Assembly (NCBI GenBank): GCA_036507695.1
Contig: DATCIR010000050.1
Location: 1-44,592, forward strand
From: Gammaproteobacteria bacterium
GTDB lineage: Bacteria; Pseudomonadota; Gammaproteobacteria; SZUA-152
Direction of reading: 5' to 3'
Length of the DNA: 44,592 nucleotides
Part shown: piece after piece, positions 34,545-44,080 of the stretch
Numbering within the stretch: position 1 is the stretch's first letter
How the letters are laid out: each line of letters begins with the position of its first letter
The notes under the pieces: generated by a model
Told to the model about the DNA's origin: nothing
The model's database searches: none
The model's input: the letters and a program-made list of their open reading frames with translations, nothing else
Position numbers and translations under genes: made by a program

Positions 34545-34702
34545 GTAACTACTCACCCCGTGTGCAGCATAGGTTAAAGCGGTGCTGGTGTTTCCTGCCG
34601 GGGGCGTCCGCGGCCAGGGATGGCCGCAGTCGAGCCTACAGGGACGTACTTGTGGCGTCCCCCGGCAGGAGACACCGGCGCCGCCCACGGGTGAGTAGTT
34701 AC
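34545..34702. mobile_element. 158-bp MITE, copy A
   Basis: Terminal inverted repeats GTAACTACTCACCCCGTG and CACGGGTGAGTAGTTAC. A long internal stem (GGTGTTTCCTGCCGGGGGCGTC with GGCGTCCCCCGGCAGGAGACACC). 8-bp direct repeat CAACTGAC at 34537-34544 and 34703-34710. More than 95% identical to copy B. Confidence 0.75.
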
Positions 34703-34750
34703 CAACTGACATTATCAATTACGGCTATTTAAACGGGGAATCTTACTGGC

Positions 34751-36121
34751 ATGCACGTACACATATTAGGCATCTGCGGAACATTTATGGGCGGCATCGC
34801 GTTGCTGGCCCGTGAACTGGGATACACGGTGAGCGGATCAGACGCCAACGTTTATCCGCCCATGAGCACTCAGCTGGAAAACGCCGGCATTACCCTGAGC
34901 AACCTGGATGATACGGCGCAATTTACGCCCGTGCCCGATCTGGTAGTGATCGGTAATGCCTTATCCCGCGGCAAACCCGCGGTGGAATGGGTGCTGAATA
35001 ATAATTTACCCTACGCCTCGGGACCGGAGTTTCTCGCCAGTCATTTGTTGAAAGACCGCTGGGTGCTGGCGGTGTCCGGCACCCACGGCAAAACCACCAC
35101 CTCCAGCATGCTGGCCTGGATTCTGGAAGACGCCGGTTTAAAACCGGGCTTTTTGATCGGCGGCATACCGGAAAATTTCGGCATGTCCGCCCGCAGCGGC
35201 GATGCGCCGTTTTTTGTGGTGGAAGCCGACGAATACGACACCGCGTTTTTCGACAAGCGCTCCAAGTTCGTCCACTACCGCCCCCGCACCCTGATCATGA
35301 ACAATCTCGAATACGATCATGCGGACATCTTTCCTGACCTTGACGCCATCAAGCGCCAGTTCCATCACTTGGTTCGAACCGTGCCCGGCAACGGCTTGAT
35401 TATCGCACCCAAAGCGGACGGCAATCTGGCGGATGTGCTGCGCATGGGCTGCTGGACACCTGTTGAATTCCTGGGAGACGATAAAGACTGCCAATGGCAA
35501 ATCAGGAATCTGTCCCAGGATGCGAGCCGCTTCGACGTGGTGATTGACGGTAAACCCGCTGGCACGGTGAACTGGAGTTTGCAGGGTTTGCACAACGTGC
35601 ATAACGCCGTCATGGCCATCGCCGCCGCGCGCCACGCGGGCGTGCCGGTGAAGCATGCCATCGCGGCCATGAGCCGGTTTCGCAATGTCAAACGCCGCAT
35701 GGAAGTTGTCGGCGCCGTCAATAACATCACCATCTATGATGATTTCGCCCACCATCCCACGGCGATTGAACTCACCTTGGGCGGCTTGCGCAACAAAGTG
35801 GGTGCTGCGCGTATCATTGCCATCCTGGAACCGCGCTCCAACACCATGCGCATGGGCGTGCATCAAGATACCCTGGCCGCATCGCTTGACCGCGCCGATG
35901 AAGTCATCTATTACCAACCGGCGGATATCGGCTGGAGCCTGGAAGCCATTGCCAAAAATACAAGGGCGCCGGCCTCGGTGATATCCAGCATCGGCGACAT
36001 CATTGCCCACCTGGTTGCCAGCGTGAAACCCGGCGACCATCTGTTAATAATGAGCAACGGCGCATTCGGCGGCCTGCATCAAAAATTACTGGCCGCCTTG
36101 AAATCCCGCTACCCGGCGTGA
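34751..36121 (+). CDS. mpl: UDP-N-acetylmuramate:L-alanyl-gamma-D-glutamyl-meso-diaminopimelate ligase
   Basis: 456 aa. HILGICGTFMGGIALLARELGYTVSGSDANVYPPMSTQLE is an Mpl-type N-terminus. VSGTHGKTTTSSMLAWIL P-loop and Mur ligase C-terminal domain. Confidence 0.9.
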   Translation: MHVHILGICGTFMGGIALLARELGYTVSGSDANVYPPMSTQLENAGITLSNLDDTAQFTPVPDLVVIGNALSRGKPAVEWVLNNNLPYASGPEFLASHLLKDRWVLAVSGTHGKTTTSSMLAWILEDAGLKPGFLIGGIPENFGMSARSGDAPFFVVEADEYDTAFFDKRSKFVHYRPRTLIMNNLEYDHADIFPDLDAIKRQFHHLVRTVPGNGLIIAPKADGNLADVLRMGCWTPVEFLGDDKDCQWQIRNLSQDASRFDVVIDGKPAGTVNWSLQGLHNVHNAVMAIAAARHAGVPVKHAIAAMSRFRNVKRRMEVVGAVNNITIYDDFAHHPTAIELTLGGLRNKVGAARIIAILEPRSNTMRMGVHQDTLAASLDRADEVIYYQPADIGWSLEAIAKNTRAPASVISSIGDIIAHLVASVKPGDHLLIMSNGAFGGLHQKLLAALKSRYPA

Positions 36122-36137
36122 GACCGGACGCACCTAG

Positions 36138-36169
36138 AAATCGCTATACTTTAAAATCGCTATACTTTA
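36138..36169. repeat. 15-16-bp tandem duplication AAATCGCTATACTTT
   Basis: Two adjacent copies immediately downstream of the mpl stop. Confidence 0.75.
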
Positions 36170-36258
36170 CCCCATGGTTCACGAACTCAGCGCACGCAAT
36201 CAATGTCCATAAAAAACCGGTCCCTCGAAATTAAACCCGCAACCGCGGTTCAGTCATC

Positions 36259-36876
36259 ATGAACCGTCGACACATTACTTTGGCGATCACCGGCGCCTCC
36301 GGTGTGCACTATGGCCTGCGTTTGCTGGAGTGCCTGTTAAAGGCGGAGCAAACGGTTAATTTACTGATCTCCAGCGCGGCGCACGTGGTGATAAGCACAG
36401 AAACTGAACATAAATTTGGGCACCGCCCGGAAGAAATTCTTGCTTATTTCAGCCAGCTTTATGCGGCGAAACCCGGGCAACTTCACGTATTTGGTAAAGA
36501 ACAATGGATGGCGCCCATCGCCAGCGGATCCGGCGCGGCGCGCGCCATGGTTGTTTGCCCCTGCTCATCAGCTACACTTTCTTCTATAGCCCATGGCTCC
36601 AGCGACAACCTGATCGAGCGGGCGGCCGACGTCATGCTCAAGGAGCAGCGCAAACTGATACTGGTGACCCGGGAAATGCCGGTTTCCGCCATTCACCTGG
36701 AGAACATGTTGAAACTCGCACGGCTGGGTGTGGCGATACTGCCGGCAAGCCCGGGCTTCTATCATCAACCAAAAACCATTAATGACCTGGTTGACTTTGT
36801 CGTAGCGCGCGTTATGGATCATCTGGATATCGAACATAACCTGGTGCCCCGGTGGGGTGAATCGACAGCACGATGA
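36259..36876 (+). CDS. ubiX: flavin prenyltransferase
   Basis: [63 protein letters not shown] and [11 protein letters not shown]. Confidence 0.9.
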   Translation: MNRRHITLAITGASGVHYGLRLLECLLKAEQTVNLLISSAAHVVISTETEHKFGHRPEEILAYFSQLYAAKPGQLHVFGKEQWMAPIASGSGAARAMVVCPCSSATLSSIAHGSSDNLIERAADVMLKEQRKLILVTREMPVSAIHLENMLKLARLGVAILPASPGFYHQPKTINDLVDFVVARVMDHLDIEHNLVPRWGESTAR

Positions 36877-37460
36877 CAACACTCTGCATACCTATTTTTC
36901 CGTTACACACGGTGCTGTTCCCGGATGGCGCCTTGCCGCTGCGTATTTTCGAACCGCGTTACCTGGATATGATCAGCGCCTGCATGAAGGCGGGCAGCGG
37001 ATTTGGGATCTGCCTGATCAGAGAAGGTTCGGAAGTGGGCAAAGCGGCGGACACTTACGAGCTGGGCACACTGAGCGAGATCAGCTATTTCAATATGGAT
37101 GCCAACGGCATGTTATGCATCACCGCTCATGGCAAACAACGCTTTCATATCCTGTCCAAGTCCGTGCAACCCAACCAGCTCACCATCGCGGACGTGGAAT
37201 TGCTCCCCAATGAACCGGAACGCAAAATACCGAATGCCTATTTGCCCGCGGTGGAAATTTTGCGCAAGCTGCTGGATCAACTGGGTTATCCGTTCGCCAA
37301 GCTGGAAAAGCGTTATGACGATGCGGGGTGGGTAGGCAGCCGGCTGGCGGAGTTATTACCGTTGCGGCTGGAACACAAACAGTTCCTATTACAGATACAC
37401 GATCCGGTGCAGCGGCTGGAGAGGCTGTGGCAGTTAATGGAAGAACTGGAATTGCAGTAA
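36873..37460 (+). CDS. LON substrate-binding (N-terminal) domain protein
   Basis: [29 protein letters not shown]. 195 aa. 4-nt overlap with ubiX. Confidence 0.8.
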   Translation: MTTLCIPIFPLHTVLFPDGALPLRIFEPRYLDMISACMKAGSGFGICLIREGSEVGKAADTYELGTLSEISYFNMDANGMLCITAHGKQRFHILSKSVQPNQLTIADVELLPNEPERKIPNAYLPAVEILRKLLDQLGYPFAKLEKRYDDAGWVGSRLAELLPLRLEHKQFLLQIHDPVQRLERLWQLMEELELQ

Positions 37461-37520
37461 ATCTTTGCCGCTTAAACAAGATGCTATTATTACAGCGTCA
37501 ATGGCGGGCAAGGAATGCTT

Positions 37521-37895
37521 TCAGTTCTTCAGCCAATTCACGATATATTTCCCGCCCTCAAACCCGGTAAACAATTCACCGATCAAGGGATGATTGACCG
37601 CTTCGTTGCTCCAGTCCGCTTCCAGATTTTGTTCCGACACATAGGTATTGTGTTCGCCGTCATCGACCAGGATGTGATACCAGGGTTTATCCTTGGGTGG
37701 ACGTGATTTCGCGACGCGTTCATACCAGTCATCAGAACCGGAATAAATAGGGTCCACGTCCACAACCACGCCGCGGTAATCCAGCAATTTATGGTGAATC
37801 ACTTGCCCCACCGCATACCGGGCTTCGGTGATAAAGGGAAATAATTCGGGTTTATTACCATCGATCTTCAGAATCTCTGCCATTGTTGTCGCCAC
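37521..37895 (-). CDS. hspQ: heat-shock protein HspQ (YccV hemimethylated-DNA-binding domain)
   Basis: ARYAVGQVIHHKLLDYRGVVVDVDP...PWYHILVDD. 124 aa. Confidence 0.85.
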   Translation of the reverse strand: MATTMAEILKIDGNKPELFPFITEARYAVGQVIHHKLLDYRGVVVDVDPIYSGSDDWYERVAKSRPPKDKPWYHILVDDGEHNTYVSEQNLEADWSNEAVNHPLIGELFTGFEGGKYIVNWLKN

Positions 37896-38035
37896 CTGCT
37901 AAAAATTGACGCACCGTGCAAACCATGCGTGTTAACTATAAATATTGAAGCGTTTCGACTTTTTTCAACCCGTGAATTTCACGACCAGGAATACGTGTTG
38001 CTGCACAGAAATCGTGCAATAACCGAGCCAATGGC

Positions 38036-38060
38036 ATAAAAAACCGCGCCGCAGCGCGGT
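38036..38060 (-). terminator. rho-independent terminator (minus strand)
   Basis: ACCGCGC / CGCA / GCGCGGT. On the minus strand it is followed by TTTTTTAT. Confidence 0.6.
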
Positions 38061-38119
38061 CAAGTCAACCCCGTGCGATTTTGGATTAGCCAAAACACTT
38101 TCAGTTAATCATCACGCAG

Positions 38120-38443
38120 TTAATCATCACGCGGCGACCCGCACTTCCAACAATCGGTAAATTGTCCTTCGATACTTTCGCCGCAATGCCGGCACACCCA
38201 GTGCTGCCCGGCGTTTTCGAGCCGCTTTAATTCCTCGTCCACAATGTGTTTGGCGCGCTCATAATCCCTTTCGTCATCGACACACAAGATGGGCCACACT
38301 TCAGTTGGCGGTAACTCGCCGGCGGCCCCCGAGAGATAAGTGTTTTTAACCAAGCACGCAATTCCGTAGGACTCGACAATGTTTCTATAGTGGTTGACCA
38401 TAAACAGATGGGGCGAACTGTAGATATTTTTCATCGTTGACAT
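38120..38443 (-). CDS. DUF2007-like small protein with C-terminal zinc ribbon
   Basis: Start set at MSTMKNIY to avoid overlap with the upstream gene. CRHCGESIEGQFTDCWKCGS is a CxxC...CxxC motif. Confidence 0.6.
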   Translation of the reverse strand: MSTMKNIYSSPHLFMVNHYRNIVESYGIACLVKNTYLSGAAGELPPTEVWPILCVDDERDYERAKHIVDEELKRLENAGQHWVCRHCGESIEGQFTDCWKCGSPRDD

Positions 38444-38450
38444 TTCATCT

Positions 38451-39830
38451 CTATCGGTTTGCGAAAGCGCGCGCGGCGGACCGGGCAAGGTTTTGCTGTT
38501 TTAACTCCAGCAGTAATACATCACCTTTCCATGATTCAGTAACCCCGATGCCGGGATAATACTTCTGACGAACATGCCATTGCTGTTGGCGCGCGCCGAT
38601 CTTATCCCGGAACAACACCAGTGCTGCGGAATAGTCAGACCGCCGCAGTGGCAGCTGCGCAAGACCGGATACTGTCAGCAGATCCATGCCATGAACCGCT
38701 CCCAGCCAAAGCTGCGGTTTATCCTGCCCGGCGTTTGCATTGGCCGCCCAGATGCGCAACACCAGCACATGATTTTGATTCACGCCGGGGGCCAGCAATC
38801 GCAAGACTTCCGGATGGTTGAACAATTCATTTGCGGCGACGGGCAGTTGAGCAAACTCAGGTTTCGGTAAAAAATAATTCAAGCTGCTCTTAAACGTGAA
38901 CTCTTGCGCCGTTATCCATCCGCCATTGAGCAAGAAACTTTCTATATCCTGTAACGCGCCCCACCACTGAATTGTAATCGGATGTTTGCTGTTAAACTGG
39001 ATGGGCGCATTGGAAAATGCGCTCCAATGATCATGCCACCATTGCGCATCAACCGCTTGTTGCCGGTTCGCCACCGGCTGGTAACGGATTTCATACTGGT
39101 ACACAAAAAACACCATTGCGCCGGCCAACATCCCCATTAAACTGAGACTGACAATATTTTCCCTGGCCTTGCGCAAGCCAAAAAAATCCGCCAGGGTTTC
39201 TATCGTCGCCAGCAATGCATAGGAAACCAGCCACTTGACGATATAGCCCAGGATGACCGCCACTGCAATCAGAATGACGATCACCGCGATCAGCCTTAAA
39301 AATACCTCGTTGGCCAGCTGAATGGATTCACCAAAGGCCACGCCGGGCAATATCACCACCGGCGCCCACAGTATCGCCGACACGACATTGATGAAATAAA
39401 ATTTTCCCTGCGGCATATGCATAATGCCCGCAACGGCGGGAATAATCGGGCGCAACGGTCCCACGAAACGCCCAAACAACACACTGACGCCGCCATGCCG
39501 CGCAAAAAACTTTTCGCCCCGGGGAATCAACTGTGGATAGCGTGACAATGGCCAGACATGGCGCAGTTGCTGATCGAAGTGACGGCCCAACCAATAACTC
39601 ACCCAGTCGCCAACAATTGCGCCGGCCGCCGCCCAGAACAGGGCTTGCCAGAGATCAAGCGCGTTTAATCCCACAAGCGCGCCGATGCCCAGCATAAACA
39701 CCACGCCGGGCACGACGATACCCACCAGCGCCAGCGACTCGCCCGCCGCAACCATGAACACCATCAATCCCGCCAACTCAGGATGCCGTGTTATCCAGTC
39801 CAGTACCGGTTGAATTGTTGACAGGTCCAT
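38451..39830 (-). CDS. DedA (VTT-domain) family membrane protein with about 230-aa C-terminal extension
   Basis: GESLALVGIVVPG...GDWVSYWLGRHF...FFARHGGVSVLFGRFVGPLRPIIPAVAGI are DedA blocks. The extra C-terminal domain is of unknown function. Confidence 0.75.
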   Translation of the reverse strand: MDLSTIQPVLDWITRHPELAGLMVFMVAAGESLALVGIVVPGVVFMLGIGALVGLNALDLWQALFWAAAGAIVGDWVSYWLGRHFDQQLRHVWPLSRYPQLIPRGEKFFARHGGVSVLFGRFVGPLRPIIPAVAGIMHMPQGKFYFINVVSAILWAPVVILPGVAFGESIQLANEVFLRLIAVIVILIAVAVILGYIVKWLVSYALLATIETLADFFGLRKARENIVSLSLMGMLAGAMVFFVYQYEIRYQPVANRQQAVDAQWWHDHWSAFSNAPIQFNSKHPITIQWWGALQDIESFLLNGGWITAQEFTFKSSLNYFLPKPEFAQLPVAANELFNHPEVLRLLAPGVNQNHVLVLRIWAANANAGQDKPQLWLGAVHGMDLLTVSGLAQLPLRRSDYSAALVLFRDKIGARQQQWHVRQKYYPGIGVTESWKGDVLLLELKQQNLARSAARAFANR

Positions 39831-39833
39831 TCG

Positions 39834-40121
39834 CTAAGAAGACGAGTGAATGAGTGCAACGGTGATTTTCTGTGACTGCCGCATAAAGGTGCGGTACAAA
39901 ACCGGAATCACCAACAAGGTTAATACCGTGGAAAACGTCAATCCCCAGACAATAGCGGACGCCACCGGCCCCCACAGCAGGGATTTGCCACCGAGCCCTG
40001 CCGCCAGTGAAAACAGACCGGCGACCGTGGTCAGCGGCGTAATAAGAATGGGGATCACCCGGCGCCTGGCCGCATTGGCAATTTTCAAGACCGGCGTGAT
40101 AGCCGCGATTCGACAGCGCAT
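39834..40121 (-). pseudogene. C-terminal remnant of an RND (AcrB-type) efflux permease
   Basis: RRRVIPILITPLTTVAGLFSLAAGLGGKSLLWGPVASAIVWGLTFSTVLTLLVIPVLYRTF matches TM11-12 of RND pumps. Only 95 codons sit between hemL and the DedA gene, whereas a full pump needs about 1000 aa. Confidence 0.6.
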
Positions 40122-40173
40122 CGCTTAATCCTTTAGTAATCTCAACCGTACTGTGAATTCCCGGAGGGCGTGA

Positions 40174-41457
40174 TCAAGCCAGTGTGGCCAATACTTTTTC
40201 CGCGGCATCCAGAGTCGCATTGATTTCCTTGGGCGTATGCGCTGCTGACACGAATCCCGCCTCGTAGGCGGACGGCGCCAGATAGACTCCCGCTTTCAAC
40301 ATGGCATGAAAGAAAGCCTGAAAGCGTTTGATATTGCATTCGGTGACTTGCTTGAAGGACGTGATTTTTTCCGCGTCACTGAAGAAAATGCCAAACATAC
40401 CGCCGACCTGGTTGGTGGTGAGCGGTATACCGGCCGCCTGGGCGCGTTGTTTCAAACCATCACATAAGGTAGCGGCGGTTTGGCTCAGCCGGTCATGAAA
40501 ACCCGGCGCTTGTATCAGTTGTAATGTCGCCAGTCCCGCGGCCATGGATACCGGGTTACCGGACAGGGTTCCCGCCTGGTAGACCGGACCCAGGGGCGCG
40601 ATTTTTTCCATTATGGCTTTCTTGCCGCCAAACGCGCCCACCGGTAAACCGCCGCCGATCACTTTGCCGAGCGTGGTCAAATCCGGCGTCACGTTATAAT
40701 GCTGCTGCGCGCCGCCCAGCGCGACGCGAAATCCCGTCATCACTTCATCGAATATCAACACCGCGCCGTAGTTGTCACAGACTTCACGCAGGCCTTCGAG
40801 AAATCCCGGCGCCGGGGGAATGCAATTCATATTGCCGGCGACCGGCTCCACGATCACGCAGGCGACCTGGTCACCCAGTTCCCGGAACGCCTCTTGCACC
40901 TGATCTATATCGTTGTAGTGTAGGGTGATGGTATGTTCCGCCAGCGACGCCGGCACTCCTGGTGAGGTGGGCACACCCAAGGTCAGGGCGCCGGAACCCG
41001 CTTTCACCAATAAGGAATCGGAGTGGCCATGATAACAACCTTCGAATTTCACCAGCTTGTCCCGGCCGGTGTAACCACGCGCCAACCGGATCGCGCTCAT
41101 GGTCGCTTCGGTGCCGGAGTTCACCATCCGCACCATCTCAATGGATGGCACCAGCGCACACACCAGTTTGGCCATTTCGGTTTCGATGGCGGTGGGGGCG
41201 CCGTAGCCGATACCTTGCGCAACAGCCGCCTGCACGGCTTTGATGACGTGCGGATGTTGATGACCGACAATCATCGGCCCCCAGGATGCCACGTAATCGA
41301 TGTAACGATTATCATCTTCATCGATCAGATACGCGCCTTCGCTGTGCTTGAAAAAAACGGGATCACCACCGACGCCGCGAAACGCGCGCACCGGGGAATT
41401 CACTCCGCCGGGAATATATTGTTGGGCTTGTATAAATAAGTCATGTGATCGCGTCAT
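40174..41457 (-). CDS. hemL: glutamate-1-semialdehyde 2,1-aminomutase
   Basis: 427 aa. [29 protein letters not shown] and [16 protein letters not shown] (PLP lysine block). Confidence 0.95.
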   Translation of the reverse strand: MTRSHDLFIQAQQYIPGGVNSPVRAFRGVGGDPVFFKHSEGAYLIDEDDNRYIDYVASWGPMIVGHQHPHVIKAVQAAVAQGIGYGAPTAIETEMAKLVCALVPSIEMVRMVNSGTEATMSAIRLARGYTGRDKLVKFEGCYHGHSDSLLVKAGSGALTLGVPTSPGVPASLAEHTITLHYNDIDQVQEAFRELGDQVACVIVEPVAGNMNCIPPAPGFLEGLREVCDNYGAVLIFDEVMTGFRVALGGAQQHYNVTPDLTTLGKVIGGGLPVGAFGGKKAIMEKIAPLGPVYQAGTLSGNPVSMAAGLATLQLIQAPGFHDRLSQTAATLCDGLKQRAQAAGIPLTTNQVGGMFGIFFSDAEKITSFKQVTECNIKRFQAFFHAMLKAGVYLAPSAYEAGFVSAAHTPKEINATLDAAEKVLATLA

Positions 41458-41532
41458 GATGAAATCCTTAACCTAAGGTGTTTTAAAGTCGCACTGTCCG
41501 TTTTTATTACTCTGGTTTTTTATTACTTTGGT

Positions 41533-41690
41533 GTAACTACTCACCCCGTGTGCAGCATAGGTTAAAGCGGTGCGGGTGTCTCCTGCCGGGGGCGTCTGCG
41601 GCCAGGGATGGCCGCAGTCGAGCCTACAGGGACGTACTTGTGGCGTCCCCCGGCAGGAGACACCGGCGCCGCCCACGGGTGAGTGTTTAC
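41533..41690. mobile_element. 158-bp MITE, copy B
   Basis: Same orientation as copy A (34545-34702) and nearly identical to it. 8-bp direct repeat ACTTTGGT at 41525-41532 and 41691-41698. Confidence 0.75.
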
Positions 41691-41715
41691 ACTTTGGTTT
41701 TGTTACTGTGATTTT

Positions 41716-42378
41716 TTATTTCCCGGATTCAAAGCCGCCGGTCAACTGGCGCGCCGCTGATTTGACATCGGCAGCGCCAAACACGGCGTTAACCACCGCG
41801 AGCATCGCGGCGCCCGCGGCGATCAGTAGTTTAGCATTGTCTGCGGTGATTCCCCCAATACACGCAATCGGCAGGGAAAGTTCGGATTTTGCCCGGGTGA
41901 GAAGTTCAAGGTCGGCTGGCACGGCGGCGGGCTTGGTGAGGGAGGAGAAAAAACGCCCAAAAGCGACATAATCCGCACCCCCCGCTTGTGCCGTGCGCGC
42001 CAGTTCAAGCTGGTTGTAACAGGAAACGCCGATGATCGCGGATTCGCCCAACACCGCGCGGGCGCGGCGTAGCGGCGCATCCCCCTGCCCTAAATGCACA
42101 CCCTGCGCGCCCACGTCGGCCGCCAGTGTCACATCATCGTTTATCAAAAAGCACGCCGGGTAACGCTCGCACAACGCTTTGATGGCCAACGCCTGTTCCC
42201 GGCGCTGCGCTACCGGCAGCTGTTTTTCGCGGTATTGCACAATACGCGCGCCGCCTTCGAGGGCGCACTGGACTTTAGTAAGCAGTTCGGCGGTTGATAA
42301 AGGCTGGATGCTGGAACACGGGGTAATGACGTACAAACCATACAAGGTAAAGCGGGGTTTATTCGTCATCGTCTCCAT
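41716..42378 (-). CDS. thiE: thiamine-phosphate synthase
   Basis: 220 aa. LYVITP, IVQYREK, LINDD, GVHLGQ, IGVSC, GADYVAFG and IGGI blocks. Overlaps the thiD stop. Confidence 0.9.
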   Translation of the reverse strand: METMTNKPRFTLYGLYVITPCSSIQPLSTAELLTKVQCALEGGARIVQYREKQLPVAQRREQALAIKALCERYPACFLINDDVTLAADVGAQGVHLGQGDAPLRRARAVLGESAIIGVSCYNQLELARTAQAGGADYVAFGRFFSSLTKPAAVPADLELLTRAKSELSLPIACIGGITADNAKLLIAAGAAMLAVVNAVFGAADVKSAARQLTGGFESGK

Positions 42379-43165
42379 GCGCCCAGAATAACCGGTTAGG
42401 GATCGATTGTCCCATCCCGATACGATAACCGTGATTTAAGGTTTCCCAAGTATATTCTTGTGCTTCATAAATCGCATTGGCGGGATCAAGCCCCTGGGCC
42501 AGCAGGCCGGCAATGGCGACGGCCAGCGTACAACCGGAGCCATGAAAACTATAAGGTAATCGTTCCCAATTGAAGGACTCGATCAGCTGGAAGTCGGAGT
42601 AGAGGTTATTAATGACGGTGGGGGTGTTTTCGTGGGTGCCGGTAATCAACACATATTCGCAGCCATTTTCCAGCAGCTCTTGCGCGCAGGCATCCAAGGT
42701 GTCCGCTTCCGGGGCAAACGCCCGGGCTTCCTGACTGTTGGGAGTCAGAATGGTGACATAGGGAAATAGCAGGTTGACCATGGCATCAAGGATTTCGTCG
42801 TCAGCCAGCATACCACCACCGCCCGCCGCGACCACCGGATCCAAAACTACGGGAATATCCGGATAATCCAGCAAGATGGTGTGAATGACCTCCACGATTT
42901 CGACACTGCCCAGCATACCGATCTTGATGCTTGCCACCGGCACGTCTTCCAGAATCGCCCTAGCCTGCTCGATAACCAAGGCGGCATTCATCGGCTCGTA
43001 ACGCTTCACATCCACGGTATCCTGTACGGTCACCGCCGTAATCACGGGTGTGGCATGACAACCCATACTGGCCAAGGTCTCGATATCCGCTTGCACCCCA
43101 GCCCCGCCGCTGGGATCCGTACCCGCAAATACCATCACTACGGGTATTGTGTTGTTCTTAGTCAT
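42359..43165 (-). CDS. thiD: hydroxymethylpyrimidine/phosphomethylpyrimidine kinase
   Basis: VMVFAGTDPSGGAGVQADIETLASMG, IKIGML, LTPNSQEA and HGSGCTLAVAIAGLLAQG. Confidence 0.9.
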   Translation of the reverse strand: MTKNNTIPVVMVFAGTDPSGGAGVQADIETLASMGCHATPVITAVTVQDTVDVKRYEPMNAALVIEQARAILEDVPVASIKIGMLGSVEIVEVIHTILLDYPDIPVVLDPVVAAGGGGMLADDEILDAMVNLLFPYVTILTPNSQEARAFAPEADTLDACAQELLENGCEYVLITGTHENTPTVINNLYSDFQLIESFNWERLPYSFHGSGCTLAVAIAGLLAQGLDPANAIYEAQEYTWETLNHGYRIGMGQSIPNRLFWAHGDDDE

Positions 43166-43522
43166 CGGTTTATCCCTTTTACGCCACTGGCGTTTTAGTG
43201 CTTGGTGTGTTTAACAACCGGCGGATTTCACGTACAGCGACGGTTTCAGCCTTTTCAAGTGCGCTTCGTGCCCAGTGTAGCATTTGTAACTGATTGAAAT
43301 GTGGATAACTCCTAGAAATTAGCACGCGGGCGACCGCCGATAGGCACAACTCGCTGCGGGTTGGGTTTTTTATTCCCATTTTAAAAATTAGCGGCCATTC
43401 CATAGAACCGCTTTATATAAAATAATACACGCCGCGTAAAAAACAATAGCGATAATTCGCATTCCCCGCCACCTAAGCGCCTGATAAAAAAATAGCAATT
43501 TGTCGACTACACTTACTTTATT

Positions 43523-44080
43523 ATGAACGACATAACAGACTTCGTGAGCAATCAACAGGCCATGGACTCTTTGAGCGGCATGGTGAGCATTGCTAACCGC
43601 TATTGCCAGCTGATTGATAGCCTGGAAACCAACCCGCCGGGCGAAGCCTGGATCCAGCAAATGGGGCAATTGTTACCGCAATTACATGCCGCCATCGTAC
43701 TCCTGGACACACCCCAGCAATACAGTTACAGCCATCAGTTGGAAAATGATGACGTACGCTGCGAATTATTCATGCGTTTGAACCAATTTTTTCTCAGTGA
43801 CCAGGCGATTTGGCCGGACTTTGACAAGTACGACACGAAGCTGCACATGTGTGAAAGCCTGGCTTACGATTTTACGGACATGTATTTCGATTTAAAACGC
43901 GGACTGGATCTGCTGGACCTCTATCCGAATCAACCTAACCACGCCGCCAGCAACTGGCGCTCCAGCTTTTTCTATCACTGGGGACGGCAACTGGTGGACG
44001 CGGAAGGCTGGTTATATGCGGTCGGCCTGCGCGACGGCAACGGCGGCATCAGCGAACTCTCGTCTTTTAAAACGGCTTAA
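43523..44080 (+). CDS. hypothetical soluble protein
   Basis: 185-aa ORF with normal composition. Overlaps the convergent hemJ 3' end by 14 nt. No motif I can name with confidence. Confidence 0.55.
   Translation: MNDITDFVSNQQAMDSLSGMVSIANRYCQLIDSLETNPPGEAWIQQMGQLLPQLHAAIVLLDTPQQYSYSHQLENDDVRCELFMRLNQFFLSDQAIWPDFDKYDTKLHMCESLAYDFTDMYFDLKRGLDLLDLYPNQPNHAASNWRSSFFYHWGRQLVDAEGWLYAVGLRDGNGGISELSSFKTA

Noticed and set aside
34512-34718. 68-aa ORF, and its near-identical twin at 41473-41676 (67 aa)
   Set aside because: Both lie entirely within the two MITE copies. The shared peptide is a by-product of the repeated DNA. There is no Shine-Dalgarno sequence, and the frames are defined by the palindromic structure.
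35138-36040. 300-aa minus-strand ORF (and other long ORFs at 35365-35733 and 35685-35981) inside mpl
   Set aside because: It is antisense to, or out of frame with, a confidently identified mpl gene. The translation is Gly/Ala/Arg/His-rich and low-complexity, as expected for shadow ORFs. The same reasoning applies to the many 60-130-aa ORFs nested in purE, tsaC, hemF, ggt, hemL, rnd (32455-33171), the 875-aa gene and the oxidase genes.
37896-37960. Sigma-32-type heat-shock promoter upstream of hspQ
   Set aside because: The minus strand shows CTTCAAT followed 14 nt later by CGCATGG. This is only a partial match to CTTGAAA-N13-15-CCCCATNT, which is too weak to call.
43166-43522. Possible TPP (THI-box) riboswitch in the 357-bp leader upstream of thiD, plus tracked ORFs 43179-43403 and 43388-43669
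   Set aside because: The minus-strand leader contains GGCUGAAACC and GUGAAAUCCGCCGG. These only loosely resemble the conserved CUGAGA and CCUGAUCUGGAUAAUGCCAGCG cores, and no ACCC or AGGGA closing elements were found. A covariance-model scan (Rfam RF00059) would settle it. The two ORFs lack Shine-Dalgarno sequences and look like noncoding translation.
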